DNA of 64,000 nt from Smithellaceae bacterium (GTDB lineage: Bacteria; Desulfobacterota; Syntrophia; Syntrophales; Smithellaceae): positions 192,001-256,000 of the forward strand of contig CAXXVL010000002.1 of assembly GCA_963667845.2 (NCBI GenBank), written 5' to 3'. Position 1 is the stretch's first letter, and each line of letters opens with the position of its first letter. The notes under the pieces are model-generated. The model made no database searches. It saw only the letters and a list, made by a program, of their open reading frames with translations, and had not been told where the DNA came from. Of the stretch, positions 9,511-19,038 are shown piece by piece. Position numbers and translations under genes: made by a program.

Positions 9511-10248
9511 CTACCTGTGGTCGATCACGCTTAAGAAAAATTGTTTGATCCGCGGATCTTCATGCTCATAAAAGAGCCGCTCGGCGATATCCTCCGCCAC
9601 GACAACTCCCTGATCCATAAACACGATGCTGTCGGAAATGTACTTCGCCAGAAACGGATCGTGGGTGACGCAAAGCATGGTGATGTTGTCCAGGTAGAGT
9701 TTGTTGATGACCGTGACCACTTCCCGGGACATTTGCGGATCCAGGGCCGAGGTCGGTTCGTCCAGAAAAAGCACCGCCGGATCCATGGCCAGCGCCCGGA
9801 CAATGGCCGCCCGCTGCTTCTGGCCGCCGGAAAGCTGCGCGGGATATTTATGACGGTGTTCGACCATACCGACGCGCTCCAGCTCATAGAGGGCTTTTTC
9901 CAGGGCTTCTTTCACGGGCATCTTTTTGATTTTCCTGAGTCCCAGGGTGACATTGTCCTCCACCGTCAGGTGCGTATAAAGGGCAAAGTGCTGAAAGACA
10001 AACCCGATCTCCTGGCGCAGTTTCCGGATATCCACGCCCGGCGCGGTGATGTCTTCTCCTTTGAAGAGGATCTGACCCGAGGTGGGCGTGATAAGCAGAT
10101 TCAGACAGCGCAAGAGCGTCGATTTTCCGCAGCCCGACGCGCCCATCACGACTTTGGACTGGCCCTCATCGAGCTGCAAATTGATTCCCTTGAGGACGTC
10201 CTTATCGTCAAATTGCTTCACCAGATTTTTAACTTCAATTAAAGCCAT
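9511..10248 (-). CDS. Polar amino acid ABC transporter ATP-binding protein (GlnQ-like)
   Basis: GASGCGKS, LSGGQKQR, FLDEPTSALDP. Confidence 0.93.
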   Translation of the reverse strand: MALIEVKNLVKQFDDKDVLKGINLQLDEGQSKVVMGASGCGKSTLLRCLNLLITPTSGQILFKGEDITAPGVDIRKLRQEIGFVFQHFALYTHLTVEDNVTLGLRKIKKMPVKEALEKALYELERVGMVEHRHKYPAQLSGGQKQRAAIVRALAMDPAVLFLDEPTSALDPQMSREVVTVINKLYLDNITMLCVTHDPFLAKYISDSIVFMDQGVVVAEDIAERLFYEHEDPRIKQFFLSVIDHR

Positions 10249-10260
10249 CGTCTTTCCTTT

Positions 10261-10914
10261 TCACTCATGGGCCAGGCCGGGAATCCGGAACTTTTTCTCG
10301 AGCGCCATAAACGTGAGCACGAACACCTTGTAGATGGCGAAGTAAATGATTCCGACGGCCAGGTAGATCTCCAGTCCCCGCAGGGTCAGGGCGGCCAGGC
10401 TCATCGCCTGTTTCATAATTTCGGGAATACCGACCGTATAGGCAAACGGCGTATACTTCAGGATGGAGGTGAACTCATTGATCATCCCCGGGATGGACAT
10501 CCGGAGCATCTGCGGAAGAATAATGTAGTAAAAGCTTTGCCAGCGGCTCATGCCCGCGGCTTCGGCCGCCAGAATTTCATCCTGACTGACGGCGGCGATA
10601 GCGCCCCGGAATATTTCCGCAAGGTAGGCGCCGGAGACCAGCCCCAGGGTCAGCACCATGGAGAGAAACGGGGGAACGCGGATGCCGGCGCCCGGAAGAC
10701 CGAAAAAGACAATGAAGAGCAGCACCAGCACCGGTATCGAGCGAAACACATAAGTATAGGCGGCAAGGATTGCCCTGGCCGCCTTCCATTGCACGAGGCC
10801 GAAGACAGTGAGCGCAAGTCCGATCACCAAGCCGGCGCCGATGCTGGCCATCGTCACCAGAATCGTGTACCCTGCACCTTTGGCCAGGGTCAAAAGGATA
10901 TCCCAGAATGTCAT
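10261..10914 (-). CDS. Polar amino acid ABC transporter permease
   Basis: FRSIPVLV, AYLAEIFRG, ILPQML motifs. Confidence 0.9.
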   Translation of the reverse strand: MTFWDILLTLAKGAGYTILVTMASIGAGLVIGLALTVFGLVQWKAARAILAAYTYVFRSIPVLVLLFIVFFGLPGAGIRVPPFLSMVLTLGLVSGAYLAEIFRGAIAAVSQDEILAAEAAGMSRWQSFYYIILPQMLRMSIPGMINEFTSILKYTPFAYTVGIPEIMKQAMSLAALTLRGLEIYLAVGIIYFAIYKVFVLTFMALEKKFRIPGLAHE

Positions 10915-10933
10915 CGGTTCGGTTTACGCCCTT

Positions 10934-11683
10934 CTACTTCATCCACTTGTCGACGATGGCTTTGAGTTTTTCCGGACCCAGTTCGGCGAGGTATCGATTA
11001 AAATCGTCGCGCAGAGGGGACCCTTTGGGAAAGGCAAATCCGAACATATCAAACCCAGAAAACACGTAACTGTCCTGGATATCCATTTTCTTCTTGTAAA
11101 CCGAGGCAACGGAGCCGTCCAGAAAGGCCAAGTCGAGGTTGCCGTTTTTCAGGTCGGCCAGAACTTCATTATAGGTCGGATACATTTTGACGTCGATCAG
11201 CTTGTAGACGCCCTGCGGTTCCAGTTTGTCCTTGATGAAGGCGCTGTAAGCCATGCCGCGCGGATAGCCGATGGTGTATTTTTTCAATTGGGAAAGGTCT
11301 TTGATAGCAATATTCCGGCTCTTGAGGCTGACCAGATTCCAGGTATTGTCCATATAGGGCTTGGAGAAATCCATGACCTCTTTGCGCTTGTCGGTAATCG
11401 AGATGGCCGAAAACGCGACGTCGGCCTGTTTGCCGATGACCGCTCCCAGCATGCCTTGCCAATCGTAGGCCGTGATCTTATACTCACGCCCCCGGGCTTT
11501 GCAGAAACCTTCAAACAGATCCAGATCCATCCCCACGTATTTCCCGTTTTCTTCATACAGATTCGGCGGCGACGTCGGGCAGACCGCAACCTTGATCACT
11601 GCTGCTTCTTCCTTTTTGCTGCAACCGAACATGACCAGCGGCAGAAGACAAAACACGCACAACAAGAGAATAATTTTTTTCAT
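10934..11683 (-). CDS. Polar amino acid ABC transporter substrate-binding lipoprotein
   Basis: MKKII...MFGC lipobox; SAISITDKRKEVMDFSKPY (SBP family 3). Confidence 0.9.
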   Translation of the reverse strand: MKKIILLLCVFCLLPLVMFGCSKKEEAAVIKVAVCPTSPPNLYEENGKYVGMDLDLFEGFCKARGREYKITAYDWQGMLGAVIGKQADVAFSAISITDKRKEVMDFSKPYMDNTWNLVSLKSRNIAIKDLSQLKKYTIGYPRGMAYSAFIKDKLEPQGVYKLIDVKMYPTYNEVLADLKNGNLDLAFLDGSVASVYKKKMDIQDSYVFSGFDMFGFAFPKGSPLRDDFNRYLAELGPEKLKAIVDKWMK

Positions 11684-11729
11684 GAAGTATCCTTTCCTTC
11701 CTTCCGGATTCTGGTTTGACACGCCCGCG

Positions 11730-11758
11730 ATTATAGGAAGATAGATTTCCCGTGTCAA
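11730..11758 (-). promoter_or_regulatory. Consensus sigma70 promoter of the amino acid ABC operon
   Basis: Minus strand TTGACA-17 nt-TATAAT (perfect consensus). Confidence 0.85.
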
Positions 11759-11947
11759 TGAATTTATGAATAAATCCGCTAATCCCGCCTTCCGGCCGGT
11801 GTATCCGGCGGCAAATCAAACAAGACCGCGTTCAGAACGGAAATGACGTTGCCGCAGGCGGCCTCGGAGGCGGTATTCACGCGCACAGCCAAGGAGCGAT
11901 TTTTTTTCGCCCGCTGTCCGGTCCTGCGACATGCCCGCGGCCGTCCT

Positions 11948-13396
11948 TTATTTCCGGAGGCGCCGGCTTTCGTTGTACCGGCAGAGATTGGCCACGGTCC
12001 TGACCGTAGCATCGAGCGTGGCAAATACCGGAAAGCCTCTGGCGGCGAACGCCTTTTTCAGCAAAAGATTATAGTGCCTGTCTTGTTCGTCTTCCAGATA
12101 GGGGTCCAGGGAGACAGTGATCATGACGGGCTTATGTTCCTTCTCCCGGGCCTCTCCGCAGCCCTCGACCATCAACTCGATGAGGCGCTGCATGTGGGCG
12201 TCAATGCCCGCCTGCAGGATGCGCCGCAGGTAGCGGAACTGATCAAACTGGAAGACCAGCGTTTGAATTCCGCGGTCCGCGGCAACGGTCCGGATGATGT
12301 CGGAGATGTTTCCCGCGGAGCCGATATTGTAGTAGATGGGCCAGGCGTCTAAGGGATTTCCGATACTGGTTCCCGCCGCGGGAACGAGCGTGCGGAGCGC
12401 CTCGACGGTTTCAGACGAAAACCGCGGCACCGCGATGCCGGCCCTCTGGCACAGGTCGGTCTGAATCACGCTGAAGCCGCCGGAGTTGGTGATGAGCGCC
12501 ATGGACCGCCCGGCCGGCAGCGGCGAGGTGTCGAGCGCCATCAGCATGTTCGTCATTTCATCGAAATTGTCCACCTGCAAAACGCCGCATTGCTTAAAGA
12601 CGGCGCTCCAGATATCCGGGGAACCGGCCATGGCGGCCGTGTGGGAAGCCGCCGCCCGCATGCCCTGCTCGGTCATCCCGCCCTTGATGGCGATCACGGG
12701 TTTTCGCGCGGCCGCACGGCCTAGCGCCGCAGTCAGGCGCGGGGCGTTCTTTGTTCCTTCAATGTAGAAAGCGATAATCTTCGTGTCTTCGTCATCGGCC
12801 AGATATTCCAAAAAGTCCGCGCCATCCAGATCGACGGCGTTACCATAGCTTATCACCTTGCTGAACCGGAGATTTTTGGTACCGGCAAAATAAGAGAAGG
12901 ATTCGGCGAAACTGCCGCTCTGCGCTACCACGCCGATGTGACCTTCTTCGGTCGGGGCCTCCGGCACGATGGCGAGGCCGGACTTCGGGCAGTAGACGCC
13001 GAAGCAGTTGGGGCCGATGAGCCGGATTTTTCCCAACGCCTGCCGCTTTAATTCTTCTTCCTGTTTGATCCTTTCGGGAATTCCCGTCTCGCTGAAGCCG
13101 GCCGTGAATATCTGCGCCGCCTTGACGCCTTTCCGGATGCACTGTTCCAAAACCTGCGGCAGGATCGCGGCCGACACACCGATAATGACGTAATCGACCG
13201 GCGCCTCCACATCCAGTATGCTCGGGTAGCATTTCCTGCCCAGCATCTCCGTGTATTTCGGATTCACGAGGTACAGGCGCTCCCTGATTTTCGTTTTCAT
13301 CTGCGCCTGGGTTGCCAGATCAAAGGGAGACGCCCCGATGATCGCCACACCGCGCGGATTGAAGATCGTATCAAATATATTCTGTGTCGCTTCCAT
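11948..13396 (-). CDS. ADP-forming acyl-CoA synthetase alpha-subunit-like (CoA-binding) protein
   Basis: IIGAS, IGPNCFG, QSG, ASHTAAMAG (phospho-His), TNSGG, NPLD; no ATP-grasp domain. Confidence 0.85.
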   Translation of the reverse strand: MEATQNIFDTIFNPRGVAIIGASPFDLATQAQMKTKIRERLYLVNPKYTEMLGRKCYPSILDVEAPVDYVIIGVSAAILPQVLEQCIRKGVKAAQIFTAGFSETGIPERIKQEEELKRQALGKIRLIGPNCFGVYCPKSGLAIVPEAPTEEGHIGVVAQSGSFAESFSYFAGTKNLRFSKVISYGNAVDLDGADFLEYLADDEDTKIIAFYIEGTKNAPRLTAALGRAAARKPVIAIKGGMTEQGMRAAASHTAAMAGSPDIWSAVFKQCGVLQVDNFDEMTNMLMALDTSPLPAGRSMALITNSGGFSVIQTDLCQRAGIAVPRFSSETVEALRTLVPAAGTSIGNPLDAWPIYYNIGSAGNISDIIRTVAADRGIQTLVFQFDQFRYLRRILQAGIDAHMQRLIELMVEGCGEAREKEHKPVMITVSLDPYLEDEQDRHYNLLLKKAFAARGFPVFATLDATVRTVANLCRYNESRRLRK

Positions 13397-13600
13397 AGAC
13401 CTCCGGATGAAATAGGATAATGTTTTTTCTTATCACAGGTCCGGCGACAATCGAAGAATAAAATATTCTGAAGGGAAAGTATGGAAAGGTTTCGTAAATT
13501 TCTTCTTACGGAACGATAGGGTACAGGTGGACAATCCCCCACGGGGCAATCGCGATCATTCCCCGCGGGCCCGCGGTCGATTCGGGTTGGAATGTTCCCG

Positions 13601-14803
13601 CTACTTGGCTTGCGGCTTCTCACCGGCCGGCTTCAGGAAAAGATAATAAAGCCGTCCTTCGCGGTATGTAGCGCCGGCAAGTTCCCCGGCCCGGTCACCC
13701 ACCCCCATATACACGTCGCAGCGGCCGGCAGCCCGGATGGCGCCTCCGGTATCCTGATCCAGGGCGAATCCGACAGGCCTCTCCAGATCGACTGCGGCAA
13801 AGGCAAACATCGCCCGGGGATAGATGGATTTGTCCGTGGCGATCGAGCGAAACGGCGTTACCGGCTCGTTGATGGATCCCCGGGGCTCGCCCGTCCCCTT
13901 CCGGAAAAAAACAAACCGGGGATTCGTATTCACGTAACGATCGATTTCATCGGGATGGGCCTTAAAGTATTCGATCATGATTCTGAGGCTGACACGCTTT
14001 CCGGAGAGTTTTCCGTCCGCAATCATTTTCGGCACGATGCTTTCATACTCCCAGCCGTTATGAGCGTCATAGCTGACCGCTTCGATTAGGCCTTCAGGCG
14101 TCCGGATCTTGGCCGAACCCTGAACATGAACGACATAAACCTCAAACGGGTCGCCAAGCCAGACGAGTTCGTTGCCCGCGAGCAGATTGGAACTCTGGAG
14201 GCCGGCCCTGTTCGGGAATTTCCCGATCCTGCCGTCCGGACCCTTTTGGCCGAGAATGGCGCCGTCGGCACCCTTGACCAGATTGCCGGGCGATTTGTAC
14301 AGGGGATACTTAAAACGGTCCGTGCGGCTAAGCGACCCGTCAAAAATCGGCGTGTAATATCCGGTATACAAAACCGTCCCCTGGTTGTCACAGCCGACCG
14401 AAATATACGTATCGAATTGATCCCGCAGAATCTTATTCAACTCGTCAGGCGAGAGGCCCGACGAAACCAGCTTTTTGAGCTCCTTCAGGCTTTTGACCGC
14501 CTGTTCATGGGTGATCTCGCCATAGGGATAGAACCGCTCACTCGACGGCTTGGCCATGTAGTTCAAACTATGATTGATCGCCTCAAGCAACCCTTCCAAA
14601 TCGCCCGCCGCCTTTGTGTAATCGGGAATCTGGCCCGGATCGGTAATTTTTCTCAGCGCCAGTTCGCCTTGCGGCAGCGGGCGCGTGTAATCCTTTTCGA
14701 TGGTCCGGTCTTCAATCATGACCACGCTGCGTTTCTGGCAGCCGGCCAAACCCAGACACATCACAACCATCAACAAGCCGATAAGAATGATTTTGATTTT
14801 CAT
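13601..14803 (-). CDS. mltA: Membrane-bound lytic murein transglycosylase A (lipoprotein)
   Basis: LAGC lipobox; TGYYTP, HVQGSA, NPRFVFF and 3D domain (SIATD, QDTGGAI, DVYMG). Confidence 0.88.
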   Translation of the reverse strand: MKIKIILIGLLMVVMCLGLAGCQKRSVVMIEDRTIEKDYTRPLPQGELALRKITDPGQIPDYTKAAGDLEGLLEAINHSLNYMAKPSSERFYPYGEITHEQAVKSLKELKKLVSSGLSPDELNKILRDQFDTYISVGCDNQGTVLYTGYYTPIFDGSLSRTDRFKYPLYKSPGNLVKGADGAILGQKGPDGRIGKFPNRAGLQSSNLLAGNELVWLGDPFEVYVVHVQGSAKIRTPEGLIEAVSYDAHNGWEYESIVPKMIADGKLSGKRVSLRIMIEYFKAHPDEIDRYVNTNPRFVFFRKGTGEPRGSINEPVTPFRSIATDKSIYPRAMFAFAAVDLERPVGFALDQDTGGAIRAAGRCDVYMGVGDRAGELAGATYREGRLYYLFLKPAGEKPQAK

Positions 14804-14991
14804 GCCCGAAACATAGGACAAAAGGGTTGCATCTGTCAAAAGAAATTTGGCAGGAAAGCGAATCCCGGATTGGCGCATGTTCAAAAACGCCGCCCCGAAT
14901 GCCCCGCTCCGGCCCGGTGTTTCTGACGGGGAGAGCCCGGATTTTCTGTTTGTCCCGGGAGCAAATCCGGCATGCCCGGCCATTGGGTCTC

Positions 14992-15092
14992 AATCAACCG
15001 CCTCGCAGCAAGCTCTCGAAACATGAAATGAATGTCATTATATCCGAGCGAGCTGCGGAGAATTAACGCTCGTCGGGCTTAAGCGGGATTAA
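14992..15092 (+). mobile_element. Dispersed hairpin element, copy 1 (long form)
   Basis: aatcaaccgcctcgcagcaagc...catgaaatgaatgtcattata...gctgcggagaattaacgctc...gcgggattaa; four further copies in the window. Confidence 0.7.
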
Positions 15093-15289
15093 AAAAATTT
15101 AGAAATGCAGGCCGATCGCCTTTTTTAGTTGCATTGTTCTCAGGAACCTGTATCATGCAGACCAATCATTCATGACGAACTGCACCCGGCAACACAGGAA
15201 CAGAGAGAAAAGGATTCACCCCGGAAACCCGCTCAAAAAAGCACCAACACTCCTTCGGGAGTTAATCTTACTAAGAGGAGGTAACGTGG

Positions 15290-15562
15290 ATGAACAAACA
15301 GGAATTGATTGATGCAATTGCCAAGGAATCAAAACTATCAAAGGCGTCGTCCAAGAAAGCACTTGAAGCGTTAACCAAAGCCGTCAAGCTCTCCCTGAAA
15401 AAGGGCGACCGTGTGGCCATCGCCGGATTCGGCTCTTTCTCGGTCGTCAAGCGAAAAGCAAGAATCGGCAGAAATCCGCAGACCGGAAAAGAGATCAAAA
15501 TCAAGGCCCGCAAAGCCGCAAAATTCACATCGGCTAAAGCGCTGAAGACTGTGCTGGGCTAG
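15290..15562 (+). CDS. hup: DNA-binding protein HU
   Basis: MNKQELIDAIA, GFGSF, ARIGRNPQTG; GAGGAGG SD. Confidence 0.96.
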   Translation: MNKQELIDAIAKESKLSKASSKKALEALTKAVKLSLKKGDRVAIAGFGSFSVVKRKARIGRNPQTGKEIKIKARKAAKFTSAKALKTVLG

Positions 15563-15610
15563 ATTTTAAGCGGAAGATAATAACCCGCGCGACAGGATTG
15601 GATCGAATAA

Positions 15611-15649
15611 AAAAACCCCCGTTCTCACATTTGAGGACAGGGGGTTTTT
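15611..15649. terminator. Intrinsic terminator after hup (likely bidirectional)
   Basis: AAAAACCCCC-gttctca...tgaggac-aGGGGGTTTTT. Confidence 0.85.
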
Positions 15650-15864
15650 AGTAAGAACCGGACGCGCACCAGGATGGTACGTGGTTCAGATTAAAAAGAC
15701 TGCTCACGCGGCGGCCAGCGAATCAGGGCCTGTTCAGTTGATTTACTCATCGCCTTGTGTTTTTCAAATTCGGCTCTTGTCTTCGGGAATTAAAGATATA
15801 GTCCACCTTGCCGAATTTGCCGTTTTTCACCTGCTGCCTGATGAGACCACAGCATATGAAGGGG

Positions 15865-16425
15865 CTAACAAGAGATTTTGTCAAACCGGACCCGCACCGC
15901 CTCGGCAATAACCTCATGACCCCGCTCGTTGGGATACCTCGTATCGCGAAGCACCAGTTCCCTGTTCGCAAGACCATGGTCGTTTAAATAACCCGCCCAG
16001 TAGACGTGAACCGGAATCAGGTTGCAGTCGAGGTCTTGAGCAATGACTCTCAAAGATCTGTAAAATATGTAAACCGCGTCCATGTCCTCGCGGTCGTCGA
16101 ACGTGTGGGACGTGGCGAGAAAAATGATCGGGTGGAAACGAAGCCGCGCCAGCCGGATCGTCTGGACGATATTTTCCTGAAATTCAGAGCGGTAGACATA
16201 CCCGAAGGCATCGTCGATGCCGAAGTGCAGAAGGAGGACATCCGGCCTCACGGATTCGATGTCTTCGCTGAAGGTTCCGATGCAATCAAACGATGTCTCC
16301 CGATCCCGGGACCGGTTAATGACTTCGATTCCCCCCGGCAAAAGGGATTCTTTCAGGATATCGACGTAGCTTCTGGACACACCGTGGCCGGCGGCAATAC
16401 TGCCGCCGCGGATCAGCAGTTTCAT
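15865..16425 (-). CDS. SGNH/GDSL hydrolase-family protein (atypical motifs)
   Basis: GGSIAAG, PDVLLLHFGIDD, DTRYPNERGH blocks. Confidence 0.75.
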   Translation of the reverse strand: MKLLIRGGSIAAGHGVSRSYVDILKESLLPGGIEVINRSRDRETSFDCIGTFSEDIESVRPDVLLLHFGIDDAFGYVYRSEFQENIVQTIRLARLRFHPIIFLATSHTFDDREDMDAVYIFYRSLRVIAQDLDCNLIPVHVYWAGYLNDHGLANRELVLRDTRYPNERGHEVIAEAVRVRFDKISC

Positions 16426-16494
16426 GAGCGGGCCCCCGGGAATTGGAAATATGATCGGTCAATATTCTATCAGCAAATGAGGAAATGGAAAGCT

Positions 16495-16574
16495 TTAACG
16501 TTAATTCTCCACAGCGTGCTGCGAAATAGTGACGTTCATTTCATACTCCGAAAGCTGCTGCGAGGTTGTTGATT
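16495..16574 (-). mobile_element. Dispersed hairpin element, copy 2 (long form, terminal hairpin deleted)
   Basis: Reverse complement: aatcaacaacctcgcagcagctttcggagtatgaaatgaacgtcactatttcgcagcacgctgtggagaattaacgttaa. Confidence 0.7.
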
Positions 16575-16706
16575 CGGCATCCATGAGGGGACTGCCCCAG
16601 AAGCGAATCGGCACACCTGTTTGATGATCGAAGTCTTGTATGGTGAAGAAAGAGAAATGTCCCGATCGTTCTTTCCAGGTGAACGAAGCGGATGGATGTG
16701 CGATCG

Positions 16707-18587
16707 TCAATTCCGCTGCCTGAGCGCTTCCTCCGCCAGTCTGCGCTCCGTGATATCGTGCACCATACCGATTGAGCGGATGACCCTGCCTGTAGCGTCG
16801 CATACGTGTTCGCACTTCTCATGGACAAAGCGAATCTCGCCGGTTGTGCTGCGGATGATCCTGTGTTCCGATTCGTAGCCGCTGGTTTCCTGTACCGATC
16901 TTGTAAAGGCAGTGTTCACAGCGGCCCGGTCATCCGGATGAACATGATCGATGAAGGCTTCGTAAGTCGCTCCGAACTCCTGCGGCTGCAATCCGAAAAT
17001 ACGATAGACCTCATCCGACCATGTGAGCCGGTTTTCGACCAGATCCAATGTCCAGCTGCCCAGATGGGCGATCTCCTGCGCCCGTTTCAGCGACGCCTCG
17101 CTTTCCCGGAGCGCTTCTTCCGCCTGCTTGCGCATCAGGAGCATGCCGATGTTTGAACTCATTCTTTCAAAGAACCGGATGGTCCCCAGGGTTAAACAAT
17201 CTCTGCGGCGGTCATTTAACTGCAGTAAGCCAATGATCTCTCCGTTGGACTTGATGGGAATCAACGCGACGGAAAGAAACCCGTCATGGATACAGCGATT
17301 GCGGGGGTTGAGCCTTGGGTCTTGATCGGCGGGCATGGTGAGCAGGGCAGACGAGTTGTTGGTCCAAAAGCTTCCGCCTTGCGTAAAGAGGGGATCCGCC
17401 GGATTTGTTTTCCCGGAGATGACAAGCCCGCACGTGCATGCAAGCAATTGATTGCCGTTTTCATCGAGGCAGAGTTTGCCGTACGGGTCGTGGAGGGCCA
17501 ATGTGGTTTCCCTGGACAGAAAATCGTCCGGAAAACCGTTTTGAACAAAATAGGGATAGTCGTTATCGATCTTCAGCCGCATGCCGACTGCATCAAAGCC
17601 TGATGCCTTCCGGATGGCCGCAAGGATGCAACCCATGGCGTCGGGAAGGGAACGCGAATCGGTCAGAATGCTCATAATGTCGGCCGCGAGATTCTGCTGC
17701 TGTTCGGCCTGCTTACGTTCGGTGATATTCTGGGCGTGGGCAATCAAATACATCGGCAGCCCCTGCACGTCCCTGATCAGGGAGACGCTGAGAATGACCC
17801 ACACGATCGTGCCGTTTTTGCAGGTGTAGCGTTTTTCCATATGGTAATGGGGAATTCTGCCGGCCAGCAGGTTTCTGAGGTTTTCTTCATCACGTGCCAC
17901 ATCCTCGGGGAAGGTAACATCCTGAAAGCGTATCGCGAGCAGTTCAGCTTCCGAATAACCCAGCATGTTGCAGTAGGCGGGATTGACCATTGTAAAACGG
18001 CCGGTCAAATCCACGGCGGACATTCCAACGGCCGACGCTTCAAAGGAACTGCGGAAGGTCATCTCCCGCTCCCGGACAGCAGCTTCTCTCTTTTTTCGCG
18101 CCGCTATCTCCCCTTCCAGTTCCGCAGTTCTCTGCCTCACCCGATCCTCCAGCTCCCGATGCGCCTCGCGAAGCTCTTCCTCGGCCTTCTTGCGCGATCT
18201 GTGTTCTTCGGCCTCCGCCAGGGCTCTGCGGACGGCAGGCACAAGACGCTGCTCCAGACGGCTTTTCAGAACATAATCTTTGGCGCCCTGGGTCAGGATT
18301 TCGATTGCGCGGTCTTCGCTCACGGCGCCCGTCACCAGAATAAAGGGAGTATCCGGACATCTTCGACTGGCTTCGGCCAAAGCCAGCGCACCGTTGTAGG
18401 AGGGCAGATCATAGTCGGACAGGATCAGATCCGGGCAATATTGCTGAAGCTCGCGGACAAAATCGTCCCCGTGAACGATAATCTTTGAAATGAAGTTTAT
18501 CCCGGCTTCCTGCAGCTCAAATTGAATTAATTCTACATCTGCAGGGTTGTCTTCCAGAATAAGAATGCGAAGAGTTTGACGGACCAT
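16707..18587 (-). CDS. REC-PAS-GAF-PAS signalling protein with no output domain (possibly truncated)
   Basis: ILILEDN...ILSDY..P REC domain; PAS/PAC domains (NITERK, DITERR); GAF; ends at EEALRQRN*. Confidence 0.8.
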   Translation of the reverse strand: MVRQTLRILILEDNPADVELIQFELQEAGINFISKIIVHGDDFVRELQQYCPDLILSDYDLPSYNGALALAEASRRCPDTPFILVTGAVSEDRAIEILTQGAKDYVLKSRLEQRLVPAVRRALAEAEEHRSRKKAEEELREAHRELEDRVRQRTAELEGEIAARKKREAAVREREMTFRSSFEASAVGMSAVDLTGRFTMVNPAYCNMLGYSEAELLAIRFQDVTFPEDVARDEENLRNLLAGRIPHYHMEKRYTCKNGTIVWVILSVSLIRDVQGLPMYLIAHAQNITERKQAEQQQNLAADIMSILTDSRSLPDAMGCILAAIRKASGFDAVGMRLKIDNDYPYFVQNGFPDDFLSRETTLALHDPYGKLCLDENGNQLLACTCGLVISGKTNPADPLFTQGGSFWTNNSSALLTMPADQDPRLNPRNRCIHDGFLSVALIPIKSNGEIIGLLQLNDRRRDCLTLGTIRFFERMSSNIGMLLMRKQAEEALRESEASLKRAQEIAHLGSWTLDLVENRLTWSDEVYRIFGLQPQEFGATYEAFIDHVHPDDRAAVNTAFTRSVQETSGYESEHRIIRSTTGEIRFVHEKCEHVCDATGRVIRSIGMVHDITERRLAEEALRQRN

Positions 18588-18769
18588 GAAGCTTCCAATT
18601 AGGGTTGAAAAGAAAATCCAGTTCCTTCGGTATCCTGAATGGAGTGTCCTCGTTTGCGCAAAAGGACGATCTCAAAACGGGTAGCAATCTAGAATAATTC
18701 CGATATCAAATGGTTCAGATGTACCTTTAATATTGCCCTTTAATGACACCGCTTCTTTCTAACGAATGC

Positions 18770-18831
18770 AATCAACCACCTTGCTAGCAAGCGACAGGGA
18801 ATTAACGCTCGTCCAGCTTAAGCGGGATTAA
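18770..18831 (+). mobile_element. Dispersed hairpin element, copy 3 (short form)
   Basis: aatcaaccaccttgctagcaagcgacagggaattaacgctcgtccagcttaagcgggattaa. Confidence 0.7.
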
Positions 18832-18910
18832 ACCGTTTTCAATAAACAAATTTGCCGATGACTTTAATCAGACTGTCCGACTACCGCAAATGGTAAATTA
18901 TAGTAAGTAA

Positions 18911-18933
18911 AATAGTAGGTAAAAACTACTATT
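18911..18933. promoter_or_regulatory. Palindromic putative TF-binding site
   Basis: AATAGTAG-N7-CTACTATT perfect inverted repeat in AT-rich intergenic DNA. Confidence 0.45.
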
Positions 18934-19038
18934 GCAAAGATGAAAGTACACCGCCGGCGCCTTTCACCGACGTGCCGTAAGCCTGCAAGGTGTAAACGCC
19001 TCTCCTGGGGCTGCACTATGCAAGTTGCCGGATACAAA

